Position numbers and translations under genes: made by a program. Below, in pieces: positions 28,768-37,955 of a stretch of 64,000 bases of DNA. The notes under the pieces were generated by a model. The model did no database searches. It worked only from the letters and a program-made list of their open reading frames with translations, and was not told the origin of the DNA. Source of the stretch: a candidate division WOR-3 bacterium (GTDB lineage Bacteria; Hydrothermota; Tepidihabitantia; B3-TA06); NCBI GenBank assembly GCA_016934635.1, contig JAFGSK010000044.1, forward strand, positions 27,708 to 91,707, written 5' to 3'. Position 1 is the first letter of the stretch. Each line of letters opens with the position of its first letter.

Positions 28768-28908
28768 GTGTACTTAATAATAGCAATAGTAACCAGCCTC
28801 GGAACTTTCCTGCCCGTTATTCCGTACGTTCAATGGGCAGCATTAGTTTTCGGGGTACTTGCCCGAGGTTACACAAAGTGGTTGACAACCAGACTTCACC
28901 CGATATAA
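28768..28908 (+). CDS. Unannotated 46-aa membrane microprotein MYLIIAIVTSLGTFLPVIPYVQWAALVFGVLARGYTKWLTTRLHPI
   Basis: AGGAGG SD 8 nt before the GTG; hydrophobic sequence. A competing ATG frame also exists. Confidence 0.45.
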   Translation: MYLIIAIVTSLGTFLPVIPYVQWAALVFGVLARGYTKWLTTRLHPI

Positions 28909-28909
28909 T
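28882..28909 (+). promoter_or_regulatory. Consensus sigma70 promoter of the ferredoxin gene
   Basis: TTGACA-N16-TATAAT. Confidence 0.8.
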
Positions 28910-28931
28910 TCCATACTAAGGAGGTTCATTA

Positions 28932-29114
28932 ATGGCCGTTAAAGTAGACCAAGAAGCATGCATCGGATGCGGAGTATGCGCCGACATCTGTCCACAGGTA
29001 TTTGAGATGAAGGACGACCTGGCTGTCGTTGTCGAAGGCGCCAACTGTGACGAAGCAGGTTGTTGTCAAGAAGCAGCCGACTCTTGCCCTACCGAAGCAA
29101 TCAGCCTAGATTAA
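28932..29114 (+). CDS. Single-cluster [4Fe-4S] ferredoxin
   Basis: CIGCGVCADICP...CPTEAI; AAGGAGG SD. Confidence 0.95.
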   Translation: MAVKVDQEACIGCGVCADICPQVFEMKDDLAVVVEGANCDEAGCCQEAADSCPTEAISLD

Positions 29115-29140
29115 CGCCTAAAGGAGATAAAAAGTTTACG

Positions 29141-29171
29141 ACGCGGTGAAGTCCTCTTCACCGCGTTTATT
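29141..29171 (+). terminator. Ferredoxin terminator
   Basis: 11-bp stem ACGCGGTGAAG/CTTCACCGCGT followed by TTATT. Confidence 0.8.
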
Positions 29172-29175
29172 GATT

Positions 29176-29230
29176 AAAAGAAGACCGCCCCCGGACGGGG
29201 GCGGTACAGGAGGTGTTTCTGAGGAGGGCT
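29176..29230 (-). ncRNA. Candidate sRNA with two CCUCCU anti-SD motifs
   Basis: Perfect TTGACA-N16-TATAAT at 29264-29237, no ORF, 9-bp GC hairpin followed by CTTCTTTT. Confidence 0.65.
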
Positions 29231-29440
29231 GATTCTATTATAGTCATCGGAAACTCCCTGTCAAGCTGAGGTACTATCGAGAATTCAGCAGGATACCTAT
29301 CCATATCTCTTAATAAGCTACCAAAAGAGACTTGCAGCTAAAAAGGATTCAATCCAATCAACAATGGGGAAAAGCCAAAAAGACGAATTGAATTATAAAC
29401 AATCTGCTTGACAATAAACCCAATCGGTCTATGCTTGAGT

Positions 29441-30439
29441 ATGGATTATCGGAAAGCAGGGGTCAATATCAAATGGCTTAATAAGGTCAAAAAGCGCATG
29501 GGACGGGCGGTAAAAACCACCTACACCGAAAACGTAGTTACCGAGTACGGTCATTTCGGCGGAGGATTTCGTCTTAATGGGTATCTTAAACCGGTACTGG
29601 TTGCTTCGACCGACAGCGTCGGAACAAAAGTCAAGGTGGCCCAGGCTGCAGGCCGTTACGGAACGGTTGGAGCTGATATCGTCAATCATTCGGTGAACGA
29701 TCTGTTATGTACGGGCGCAAAACCTCTGTTCTTCCTCGATTACCTGGCATTTTCCGAGCTTGATTCGGGAAAGGTGGCAGATATTGTGGTAGGGATAGCC
29801 AAGGCTTGCAGAAAGGAAAGGATAGCGCTAATAGGAGGAGAAACAGCCCAACTTCCAGGGGTTTACAAAAAAGGGGATTTCGATCTTGTAGGAACAATCG
29901 TCGGGGCAGTCGAGGAAGGAAAGATCATAGACGGCAACCAGATAAAAGCAGGTGACGTGGCTGTGGGACTTCGCTCCACTGGACTTCATACAAACGGCTA
30001 CTCCCTGGCAAGAAGGGTGTTGATTGAAAAAAAAGGTGCACTGGGAATCGAAGCCAAGGTTCCCGGCACCTCCAAAACGATCGCCCAAGCCTTACTTGCG
30101 GTACACCGTTCCTATCAAGCCGAGGTGGAACCGGTCAAGCACTTGCTGAAAGGCATCGCCCACATCACCGGCGGAGGATTTCCCGACAACATTGCACGTC
30201 TGTTGCCCGATAATCTAGATTGTGTTATCGAGACGAAGGCATGGAACCCCATACCTATTTTTTCATTGATTCAAGAACAAGGAAATGTAGATACTAATGA
30301 GATGTACAGTGTATTTAACATGGGTATCGGAATAGTACTATTTACAAGACCAAACGTTGCTGAGGAAGTTAAGAAAGCTACCCGGGGTAAGGTCATAGGT
30401 AGAGTGGAAAAAGGAGCAGGCAAGGTACACCTTATATGA
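29441..30439 (+). CDS. purM: Phosphoribosylformylglycinamidine cyclo-ligase
   Basis: YRKAGV, DSVGTK, GGETA, GLHTNGYSL, HITGGG and FNMGIG motifs. Confidence 0.96.
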   Translation: MDYRKAGVNIKWLNKVKKRMGRAVKTTYTENVVTEYGHFGGGFRLNGYLKPVLVASTDSVGTKVKVAQAAGRYGTVGADIVNHSVNDLLCTGAKPLFFLDYLAFSELDSGKVADIVVGIAKACRKERIALIGGETAQLPGVYKKGDFDLVGTIVGAVEEGKIIDGNQIKAGDVAVGLRSTGLHTNGYSLARRVLIEKKGALGIEAKVPGTSKTIAQALLAVHRSYQAEVEPVKHLLKGIAHITGGGFPDNIARLLPDNLDCVIETKAWNPIPIFSLIQEQGNVDTNEMYSVFNMGIGIVLFTRPNVAEEVKKATRGKVIGRVEKGAGKVHLI

Positions 30440-30837
30440 GCAGTGAACTTTCCAGGCTTGCCAGACTGCAGTCGGTGGTAAATCGCGACAAACGCTATCG
30501 GTTAGAGGCCTACGTATTCGTGATACAAGCCCTGTATCGCAGGATGCAAAACCTTAAGGAGAACACCGGAGAGCGTCGTCACCTTACCGCGGTAGAGCTC
30601 CTGGAAGGTATCAGGGAACTGGGTTGGGAACGTTACGGACGGCTTGCAAAGGAGGTGTTCGAGCACTGGGGGGTACGGGCTACCGATGATTTCGGAGAGA
30701 TTGTGTTTAACCTCATAGAAGCAGGGGAGTTCACAAAAACCGACGAGGACAAGCGGGAGGATTTTAATGCCATATTTGATTTTGAAGACCTCATCAAGCG
30801 ATACCCAATAGGGGATGGAAGAGAAACTAAAAGCTGA
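30436..30837 (+). CDS. Minf_1886-family conserved protein
   Basis: RYRLEAYVFV...HLTAVELL...WGVRATDDFGEIVFNLI. Confidence 0.8.
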   Translation: MSSELSRLARLQSVVNRDKRYRLEAYVFVIQALYRRMQNLKENTGERRHLTAVELLEGIRELGWERYGRLAKEVFEHWGVRATDDFGEIVFNLIEAGEFTKTDEDKREDFNAIFDFEDLIKRYPIGDGRETKS

Positions 30838-32770
30838 GTTTTCTGCACAAGGCTCGATCCTTTCCAAGCTTCCCCTTTACGAAAAAAGGGAGAGTCAACT
30901 CAGGATGGCCCTTGCGGTAGGCCAGGCATTAACTTCAAAAACAAACCTGATGGTTGAGGCCGGTACAGGGATCGGCAAGAGTTTCGCGTATCTCATACCA
31001 TTGATTGAGTGGTGCAAATCAACCGAGGCCAAGGCAGTCATTGCTACAGGTACAAAGGTACTTCAGAATCAGCTGGTATCAAAGGATTTACCCTTCCTGG
31101 CAGAGCATTCGGATACGGGCTTCAAGTTTGAGGTACTTTACGGTCAGGAGAACTTCTTCTGTCGACGCAGGGCTGGCGCGATTGCGCAGTACGGTTTGTT
31201 CGACGACGATGAACAAATCTCAAAGCTTAGTGAGATTTCTCGGTGGGCTAAAGAAGAATCCGGAATATTCGAGGACTACCCGGAACCGATACCTGCCGCA
31301 TTGAAACAGCAGATTTCGAGGCGATCAGAGGCCTGCCCCCGTCGAAACTGCTCCTACTACGACCAATGTCCTTTCTACCGCAAACGCAGGGCCGCCGAGG
31401 ATGCAGACATCCTGGTTGTCAACCACCACCTGTTCTTCGCCCATCTGGAATCGGCTGGAAAGCTCTTACCGGAGTTCGGCGCTGCAATCTTCGACGAGGC
31501 ACACAGACTTGAACAAGTGGCGTCTTCCTACTTCGGTCTGCACCTGACCTCAATAGGACTATCCATGCTTCTTTCGCGTATATACAATCAACGCAGGGGT
31601 ACAGGGATCCTTACCAAGCTTTCGGATTTTACGAAACGGAAGTCTTCCGTAACTGCTCTTGTCGAGGAAACACGACAGGCCTCGAACATGTTCTTCACGA
31701 ACCTTGCCGGAATTCTTGGCACCTACGAGTACAAGAAGCGAATACGTACGCCTGACTGTGTCTCCAACGATCTCGCCAAACCATTGACTGATCTGGGTAA
31801 CTTCTGCTTCGAGACGGCAAAAGACGTTGACGAGGAGGACTTATCCTTCGAGCTTATTTCACTCGGTGACCGCGTAAGGGTGGCCCTGAACGCGGTAGTA
31901 GGTTTCCTCGAAATGAATGATCCCAACGCGGTATACTGGATCGAGGCTGCACAAAAGTCCGACAGGATTTCGATCCACTCCGCCCTTATAGACGTAGCCC
32001 GGCACCTCGAGGACTCTCTGTGGACCCAGGACTGGGTAAACATTCTCACCTCGGCGACACTGACCGTGGGTAAAAGCTTCGGTTTTACCTCAGAAAGGAT
32101 AGGCTTCCGAGGCAAGGCCTTAAGACTCGGCTCGCCCTTCGATTACGAGCATAATGCCGTGTGTTACATTGCTCACGATTTGCCTCCACCTCAGCAAAAA
32201 AACTGGATGGACAGGATGCCTGCACGAGTTCAGGAACTCATAGATGCAAGTGACGGAAGGGCACTCGTACTCTTCACAAGCTACGCAACCCTAAACAAAA
32301 CGGTTGAACTACTCGAGGAGAAACTATCAAAAAAACACACGGTTCTCGTCCAGGGACGTATGACCCGCAACCAGCTTTTAGAGGAGTTCAAGGATGACAC
32401 ATCTTCGGTGCTTTTTGCAACCCAGTCCTTTTGGGAAGGGGTGGACATCCCAGGTGAGGCTCTTGTACTTCTGATTATTACTCGTTTACCGTTCGAGGTG
32501 CCGGACGATCCGAGGTCCGAGGCTATCCTTGAAGAATACCGTAAACAGGCTCAGGAGCCGTTCACTGCTTATCAGCTTCCAGTATCGGTCCTCAGGTTCA
32601 GGCAAGGCATCGGCAGACTCATCCGCCGGGATTCGGATTACGGGGTAATCGCTGTGCTCGATTCGCGAATCGTGAAAAAAGCCTACGGGAGGCTGTTCAT
32701 GGAGTCGCTTCCGCCTGCGCCTGTGACATTCAATCTATTCGAGGTTAAAAATTTTTTTGAGAACCACTAA
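30815..32770 (+). CDS. dinG: ATP-dependent DNA helicase, DinG/YoaA family (Fe-S)
   Basis: EAGTGIGKS, Cys cluster, DEAH, LTSAT, SFWEGVD and QGIGRLIR motifs. Confidence 0.93.
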   Translation: MEEKLKAEFSAQGSILSKLPLYEKRESQLRMALAVGQALTSKTNLMVEAGTGIGKSFAYLIPLIEWCKSTEAKAVIATGTKVLQNQLVSKDLPFLAEHSDTGFKFEVLYGQENFFCRRRAGAIAQYGLFDDDEQISKLSEISRWAKEESGIFEDYPEPIPAALKQQISRRSEACPRRNCSYYDQCPFYRKRRAAEDADILVVNHHLFFAHLESAGKLLPEFGAAIFDEAHRLEQVASSYFGLHLTSIGLSMLLSRIYNQRRGTGILTKLSDFTKRKSSVTALVEETRQASNMFFTNLAGILGTYEYKKRIRTPDCVSNDLAKPLTDLGNFCFETAKDVDEEDLSFELISLGDRVRVALNAVVGFLEMNDPNAVYWIEAAQKSDRISIHSALIDVARHLEDSLWTQDWVNILTSATLTVGKSFGFTSERIGFRGKALRLGSPFDYEHNAVCYIAHDLPPPQQKNWMDRMPARVQELIDASDGRALVLFTSYATLNKTVELLEEKLSKKHTVLVQGRMTRNQLLEEFKDDTSSVLFATQSFWEGVDIPGEALVLLIITRLPFEVPDDPRSEAILEEYRKQAQEPFTAYQLPVSVLRFRQGIGRLIRRDSDYGVIAVLDSRIVKKAYGRLFMESLPPAPVTFNLFEVKNFFENH

Positions 32771-32779
32771 GGAGAAATT

Positions 32780-33313
32780 GTGAACATAGACTGGGAATCC
32801 ATCGCCAAACATGAACAGCGGGGCCATTATTCCTGCATACCATCGGCAATTGAGATGGTGCTCAAACTTCTCGGTAAAGTAGAGGATAACTATTACGATC
32901 TTCAGAAGAAGTGGAAGGCAAAACCCGGGGAAGATTTCTCTGTATATCACGGGAAAGCTATCGAAGGTCTCGCATTCACTCACAGATTCGCCGGCATCGA
33001 GCATCCACGGGGGGATGATTTCCCCTTAAAGGAGCTTTTTTCGACCATAGATACTGAACTAGCCGAAGCCAGGTTCGTCATAGCGTCCCTGCCCAACCTT
33101 GTTCACTCCCAAAGTTACGGTGGATACCTGCTGAACGGTTTTCACATGTGGGTAATATACGCTCGCACCGACCACGATTATCTCGCTTTATCCAAGGCGT
33201 TCCGGTCCGAGCTGGATGAGGTCGCCCGGGTTATTGTCGTCACCGACGAGGTGAAACATCGAGTAAGGATCGTACAGGGAACTGATATCTTGACTTATAG
33301 GCCAGTGGATTGA
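32780..33313 (+). CDS. Hypothetical protein, possibly C39/papain-like
   Basis: EQRGHYSCIPSAIEMVL (Q-x5-C) and FHMWVI; AAGGAG SD. Confidence 0.6.
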   Translation: MNIDWESIAKHEQRGHYSCIPSAIEMVLKLLGKVEDNYYDLQKKWKAKPGEDFSVYHGKAIEGLAFTHRFAGIEHPRGDDFPLKELFSTIDTELAEARFVIASLPNLVHSQSYGGYLLNGFHMWVIYARTDHDYLALSKAFRSELDEVARVIVVTDEVKHRVRIVQGTDILTYRPVD

Positions 33314-33325
33314 TCTTAGGTTGAG

Positions 33326-33439
33326 CTTGATTCAAAGAAAGCCAAGAACGCCTACGGCAGGTTGTTAATGGACTCGCTTCCGCCGGCGCCTGTTTCTTTT
33401 AATCTGTTAGAGGTGCAGCGATTTTTTGAGAAGCACTGA
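33326..33439 (+). repeat. Diverged duplicate of the last 38 codons of dinG (32657-32770)
   Basis: LDSKKAKNAYGRLLMDSLPPAPVSFNLLEVQRFFEKH* versus LDSRIVKKAYGRLFMESLPPAPVTFNLFEVKNFFENH*. Confidence 0.9.
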
Positions 33440-33497
33440 TTCTTTTTTTAGAATAGGGTTGATTCTTTGTGATAAGCCGCGGTAACGTTAATTACCC

Positions 33498-34415
33498 TTA
33501 CTTACCGGTTAACTTCCTGTAAGATAACTCGAACAGTTGAAGAAAATCACCCGTCTTGGTTTTGGATGGTTCTATATAATACACCGCTTCTTTCCATTGC
33601 GACTCATATCTCGTCATCTGAATATTAACCCTCCTGGCCTCTTCTTGTGAGAGTTTGAAGAAAAACGCAAAGGTTTTTGTACCGATCCATTTTATCCCGA
33701 AGGCATTGAAAAAACCGGCTTTGAAACCGCAATAGTACTTGTTGTATTTGAGTTCAAGATTCCACCCTTTTCGCTTTGCTAAAGAATTCACCTCTTCTAC
33801 GTATTTGACAAACGCCTTTGCGCTTTCTTTGTTGAATTCATGTAAGTAGTATTCTCTGTCGTATGATTGAAGCCCTGAGACCGGAGACGTTCTTCCTCGT
33901 TTCATTTCAGGTTCTAGTTTATCAACGAGTAGCAGTTGATCATCGTCATGCATCCATCTTCTTATCTCTATCAAATCAACCTGGTAATTAATTCTTTCCA
34001 CAATACTTAAGGTTGAACGCTTAATGCCAGGGGCAATAACAATTATACGAACTTGAAAACCATCCCAGCTAATGTTTATTTCCTCAGGCTTATCTTCGCA
34101 CTCCAACCAAAGTGTTTTAATAGAATCTGGATTTGTCTCAGCCCAAAAAGCATACTCAAGTACCTGAGATATTATGGACGGGTCAACGGTAACGTTTTTC
34201 ATCTCTATTATACAAACATTGCCGTCGTTGTCGATGCCCACAATATCAGGGATACCCGGTTTTTTCCCACCACGCACCTGTCTTTTGATTAGGAATATGT
34301 CCTCTAGAATTTCCGGTGTTTCGAATACGATTTTTTCAAACTCCTCCTCGCTTTTGAATGGGGTGGATAGAAGGTTTTTAGTCTCATTTTGTGTCTTCCA
34401 AAATAAATTTGCCAT
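33498..34415 (-). CDS. PD-(D/E)XK nuclease, NucS/DUF91-like, AT-rich
   Basis: IPDIVGIDNDGNVCIIEMKN...QVLEY. Confidence 0.75.
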   Translation of the reverse strand: MANLFWKTQNETKNLLSTPFKSEEEFEKIVFETPEILEDIFLIKRQVRGGKKPGIPDIVGIDNDGNVCIIEMKNVTVDPSIISQVLEYAFWAETNPDSIKTLWLECEDKPEEINISWDGFQVRIIVIAPGIKRSTLSIVERINYQVDLIEIRRWMHDDDQLLLVDKLEPEMKRGRTSPVSGLQSYDREYYLHEFNKESAKAFVKYVEEVNSLAKRKGWNLELKYNKYYCGFKAGFFNAFGIKWIGTKTFAFFFKLSQEEARRVNIQMTRYESQWKEAVYYIEPSKTKTGDFLQLFELSYRKLTGK

Positions 34416-34595
34416 AATATTCTTATACAGAAATAAGGTATCTTGTCAAGACACCTGGTTTAATCAGCCTCCTTTATCTTCCACATCAAGTGGGGTATCC
34501 TGTGTGTCGATGTGTCGGGAAAAGCGGGACCGAACGAAATATAATCTTGACTCTCGTGTATAACAGTGTATAGTGGTTGAAACTAGGAGGCAAAC

Positions 34596-36608
34596 ATGCG
34601 TCTATTGTTAATCGCAGCCTTTACTATATGTGTAGGATTTGCGACTGCTTGTGCCGGTAAGCTGGACGGTCTCGACCTTTCGAAGACCCAGTACGATATT
34701 AACTACCGGCTAAAGGGGGACGGTCTTGACAAGATGGATGAGTTAGGGTTCGTGCTTTATCCCACCATGGAAGAGGAGATATACGATCTCTACGGCAGCT
34801 TCACCAGATCCTCCACAACACCTATATTCATCTCGGCAGACCTGCCCTACCATACACTGCACCTAATGGTCGACTACACCGTAAGGATAATGGAGTTGGA
34901 GGAGCTCCTGCCGAAGCTTGAGGAGTTGACTGAAGGCATGCTGGCTGAAGCCGAACGGGATTACAAAAAAACCTCCGCTGATCTCAAGGAAGCGGCAAGA
35001 GCCGAATTCATCTACTTTGCGGTTGCTGCCAAGCTCCTTGAGCTGGATGTCGAGCTTGCAGCCCAGGACGCAAAACTCGTCAAGAAAGAGCTCGAAAAGA
35101 TCGAAAGACACTCAGGTCTTGAAGACGTTTCGTTCCTGCCGGAGATAAAAGAGGACTACTCCCAGTACGTACCCCGAGGCCACTACACTCGGTCGGAGGA
35201 GTTCGGACGCTACTTCAAGGCGATGATGTGGTTCGGCAGGCTGCCCCTGCACATACCCAAGGAGGATAAACCTCTTTTACCAATGCAGACAGCCCTGCTC
35301 ATATCACTTAACCTTGAGGATAACGATGATCTTAAGACCCTTTGGAAAGAGATATACGAACCCACCGCCTTCTTCTTCGGTTGCGCGGACGATTTGACCC
35401 CTGAGCAGTTGATCGAGGCCGCTGATGATTTCTACACCGAAAAGCTGAACCCAGATGTCTTTGCTGACGAGACAAGGCTGCGCGAGTTCGCCCAAGAACT
35501 CAGAAGTGACTTCAAACCGAAGATTCTTTCAGAGTTCGCACTGTCTACAGGAAAGGAACAGATAGAAATCCCCGTGTCTATGCGCTTCATGCCCCAGCGG
35601 TTCGTCCCGGATTCCTACATCTTCTCCCAGCTCACATTCGACAGGGTGACAGCCTATCAAGGGAAACCTGAACCTAAGCCCTTCACATGGGGCATGACTG
35701 CGGTCGGTGCGATGCGCGTATTCCCGCGGGGGCTGGATGCGATGGGAGTTCTGGGCTGGGAAACAGCTGAGGAAATCCTGAGAAAAGACGGGGATACCGA
35801 GTACATGGGCTACGAAGAACAGTACCAAAAGATGGTCAAATGGTACAATGGTCTGCCGGAAGAGGAACGCAAATCCTCGGTATACTTCAGGTGGTTCGAG
35901 CTGTTCAGGCTTTACCGCGAGGCATGTGCCCCGAAGAAGGTTGATGCCTGCGCCTGGGAGAGCAAGAAGCTTTTGACCGCACTGGGTTCGTGGACCGAGC
36001 TTCGCCACGACGCGATACTTTACGCCAAACAGAGCTACACCGCGGTCGGAACCGCCGCCCCTCCCCCACCTCTGCGACTTGCGTACGTCGAGGAAGCGCC
36101 CGAACTTTACGAAGCAATGGCGGAATGCGCACGGGTGATTGCAGGTTTTGCCGAGGAAGGAAGCAGAATCGCCGATTCTTACGAGAGTTTTGCCATAACA
36201 CTCGATAATCTGGCGGATTATGCCAGAAAGCAGCAAAAGGGGCAAAACTTGAGTGCTGAGGAGCACTCCTACCTGTGGTACGTTTCTTCCACACTCCGTA
36301 ACCTTCCTTACAATCTTGGAAACGTCGTTTTGTCTGACGCAGACCAGCGCATGGCGCTCGTTGCTGACGTTCACACCGACCTGAACTCAAGCCAGGTGCT
36401 TGAGGAAGCAACAGGCAGCCCAGCACGGATTCTCGTGCTGGTCGAAATTGACGGCAAATCCTACGTTGCGCAGGGCGGGACCTTTTCTTACTTTGAATTC
36501 AAGCATGACATGGCAGACAGGCTGACCGACGAGGCGTGGCAGCAGATGGTACAAGATGGAAAAACTCCGGATATGCCTACCTGGACTGAGGTTATATTCG
36601 CGGAGTAG
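34596..36608 (+). CDS. DUF3160 domain lipoprotein (paralogue 2)
   Basis: Lipobox-like ATAC; same motifs as 26079-28115. Confidence 0.88.
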   Translation: MRLLLIAAFTICVGFATACAGKLDGLDLSKTQYDINYRLKGDGLDKMDELGFVLYPTMEEEIYDLYGSFTRSSTTPIFISADLPYHTLHLMVDYTVRIMELEELLPKLEELTEGMLAEAERDYKKTSADLKEAARAEFIYFAVAAKLLELDVELAAQDAKLVKKELEKIERHSGLEDVSFLPEIKEDYSQYVPRGHYTRSEEFGRYFKAMMWFGRLPLHIPKEDKPLLPMQTALLISLNLEDNDDLKTLWKEIYEPTAFFFGCADDLTPEQLIEAADDFYTEKLNPDVFADETRLREFAQELRSDFKPKILSEFALSTGKEQIEIPVSMRFMPQRFVPDSYIFSQLTFDRVTAYQGKPEPKPFTWGMTAVGAMRVFPRGLDAMGVLGWETAEEILRKDGDTEYMGYEEQYQKMVKWYNGLPEEERKSSVYFRWFELFRLYREACAPKKVDACAWESKKLLTALGSWTELRHDAILYAKQSYTAVGTAAPPPPLRLAYVEEAPELYEAMAECARVIAGFAEEGSRIADSYESFAITLDNLADYARKQQKGQNLSAEEHSYLWYVSSTLRNLPYNLGNVVLSDADQRMALVADVHTDLNSSQVLEEATGSPARILVLVEIDGKSYVAQGGTFSYFEFKHDMADRLTDEAWQQMVQDGKTPDMPTWTEVIFAE

Positions 36609-36637
36609 AGATTCGACCGTATTAATGGAATTAAACC

Positions 36638-36663
36638 GTAGGGGCTGACCTTCAGATCAACAC
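36638..36663. repeat. Degenerate GTAG REP-like element
   Basis: GTAGGGGCTGACCTTCAGATCAACAC after the DUF3160 stop. Confidence 0.45.
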
Positions 36664-36791
36664 GTATATTTACATGATCGACGAAAAAAAATCTGTGCTT
36701 ACGAACCCTTCGAAATCTCTGACTTGACATGTGAGGATATGCTGGTCCTTTTAATGCTTGACACGGAATTCAAATCCGGTATGCTCGTTCC

Positions 36792-37367
36792 ATGAGGCGT
36801 GATCCCGTATCGACCTGGCGGCTGGTTGTGTGTTTTCTCATTTGTTTTTTCCTGGCAGGAGTCGCCGAGATAATAATCCAGGCGATAAGCCTTGGCCAAC
36901 TATCGTGGCTGAGGATACTCAAGACGGCAACGGCGGTAGGGTTCGTCGGCTTCACGGTCATAGCGCTTTCCGAAAAAGGTTTCTTCTATGCCCTGATAGC
37001 CGCCGCAGGAGGAGCCATGGTGACAGGTATCTTCTCCAACTACATCGTCTCCAAGATAATCCAGATCCTGCTTATATTCGCCTTTGAAATCCTTCTCGTC
37101 GCAATCATCTTTACAGTAGACCGGATAGCCAAACCCAGAAGGCTTTTTCGACTGCTTTTGGGCTTAGCAGGTGGGTTACTGGCTTCAGCTCTGGCGGCAG
37201 GCATAGCAGGCTCTGTCATACCTTCAATCCCAGGCTTCTGGCAGGGAATCGTTAAGAACTTCAATCTAATCGGGGAGTTTGGGGCAATCCCTGCGTTAGC
37301 CTTGTTTTTCACAAGGCTCCTGTTGGGTGAAAGAAAAAATATCAAACCAGAAGAGGAGTTGGAATGA
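36792..37367 (+). CDS. Polytopic membrane protein (about 6 TM)
   Basis: Hydrophobic helices; GFFYAL motif shared with the next gene. Confidence 0.75.
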   Translation: MRRDPVSTWRLVVCFLICFFLAGVAEIIIQAISLGQLSWLRILKTATAVGFVGFTVIALSEKGFFYALIAAAGGAMVTGIFSNYIVSKIIQILLIFAFEILLVAIIFTVDRIAKPRRLFRLLLGLAGGLLASALAAGIAGSVIPSIPGFWQGIVKNFNLIGEFGAIPALALFFTRLLLGERKNIKPEEELE

Positions 37368-37909
37368 AGAAGTCTACGAGTTGGCTCAAGATTATTTTGG
37401 TTCTGGGGATCGCTTTTTTGGTGGCAGCTTTGCTCCACGGCCTGCTGCAGGGTCAGTGGTTCGCGGGTCTGGCGCTCAAGGCGGCCTTCCTGGCAACGGT
37501 ACTGGGTTTCGTGGTCCTTGCCTGGGACGAGGCAGGATTCTTTTTCGCCCTTGGTAGTGCCGTTATACTTTCTCTGATGGCTGCCGTAACCGGCAGCCCG
37601 CCCCTGCTTAACGGCTTGTACACACTTATCTTCTTCACGTTGTTCGCAGGCCTTATGTTCCTGGGCGACTGGGTAAGCCGCAAGATACTTGTGTTGCGAG
37701 CTGTGGTGAGCCTGGCCGGAGGAGTGGTTGCCGGTGTTATCCTGGTTTATCTTCTTCCTCTAATAGTTTCAGGCATACCCCCGTTCATGCAGGGCCTTTC
37801 GGATAAGGCCGAGATAATCTCCTACATCGAGATTTCAGGTGGAGTTGCAGTTGCTGTACTGGTAGCTCGTCTCATCGGCGGAACCAAGAAGGAAAGCGAA
37901 AAGAAGTAA
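37364..37909 (+). CDS. Polytopic membrane protein, paralogue of 36792-37367
   Basis: ATGA overlap; shared GF.V.A..E.GFF.AL and LAGG motifs. Confidence 0.75.
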   Translation: MKKSTSWLKIILVLGIAFLVAALLHGLLQGQWFAGLALKAAFLATVLGFVVLAWDEAGFFFALGSAVILSLMAAVTGSPPLLNGLYTLIFFTLFAGLMFLGDWVSRKILVLRAVVSLAGGVVAGVILVYLLPLIVSGIPPFMQGLSDKAEIISYIEISGGVAVAVLVARLIGGTKKESEKK

Positions 37910-37955
37910 GGCCAGCCAGAAGGCCGGCCTTAGGTTTAATCAACTCTTCTGTATT

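Noticed and set aside
35529-36426. Long antisense ORFs (also 41612-42436, 14129-14728, 61614-62279)
   Set aside because: Shadow frames of real genes with no recognisable motifs.
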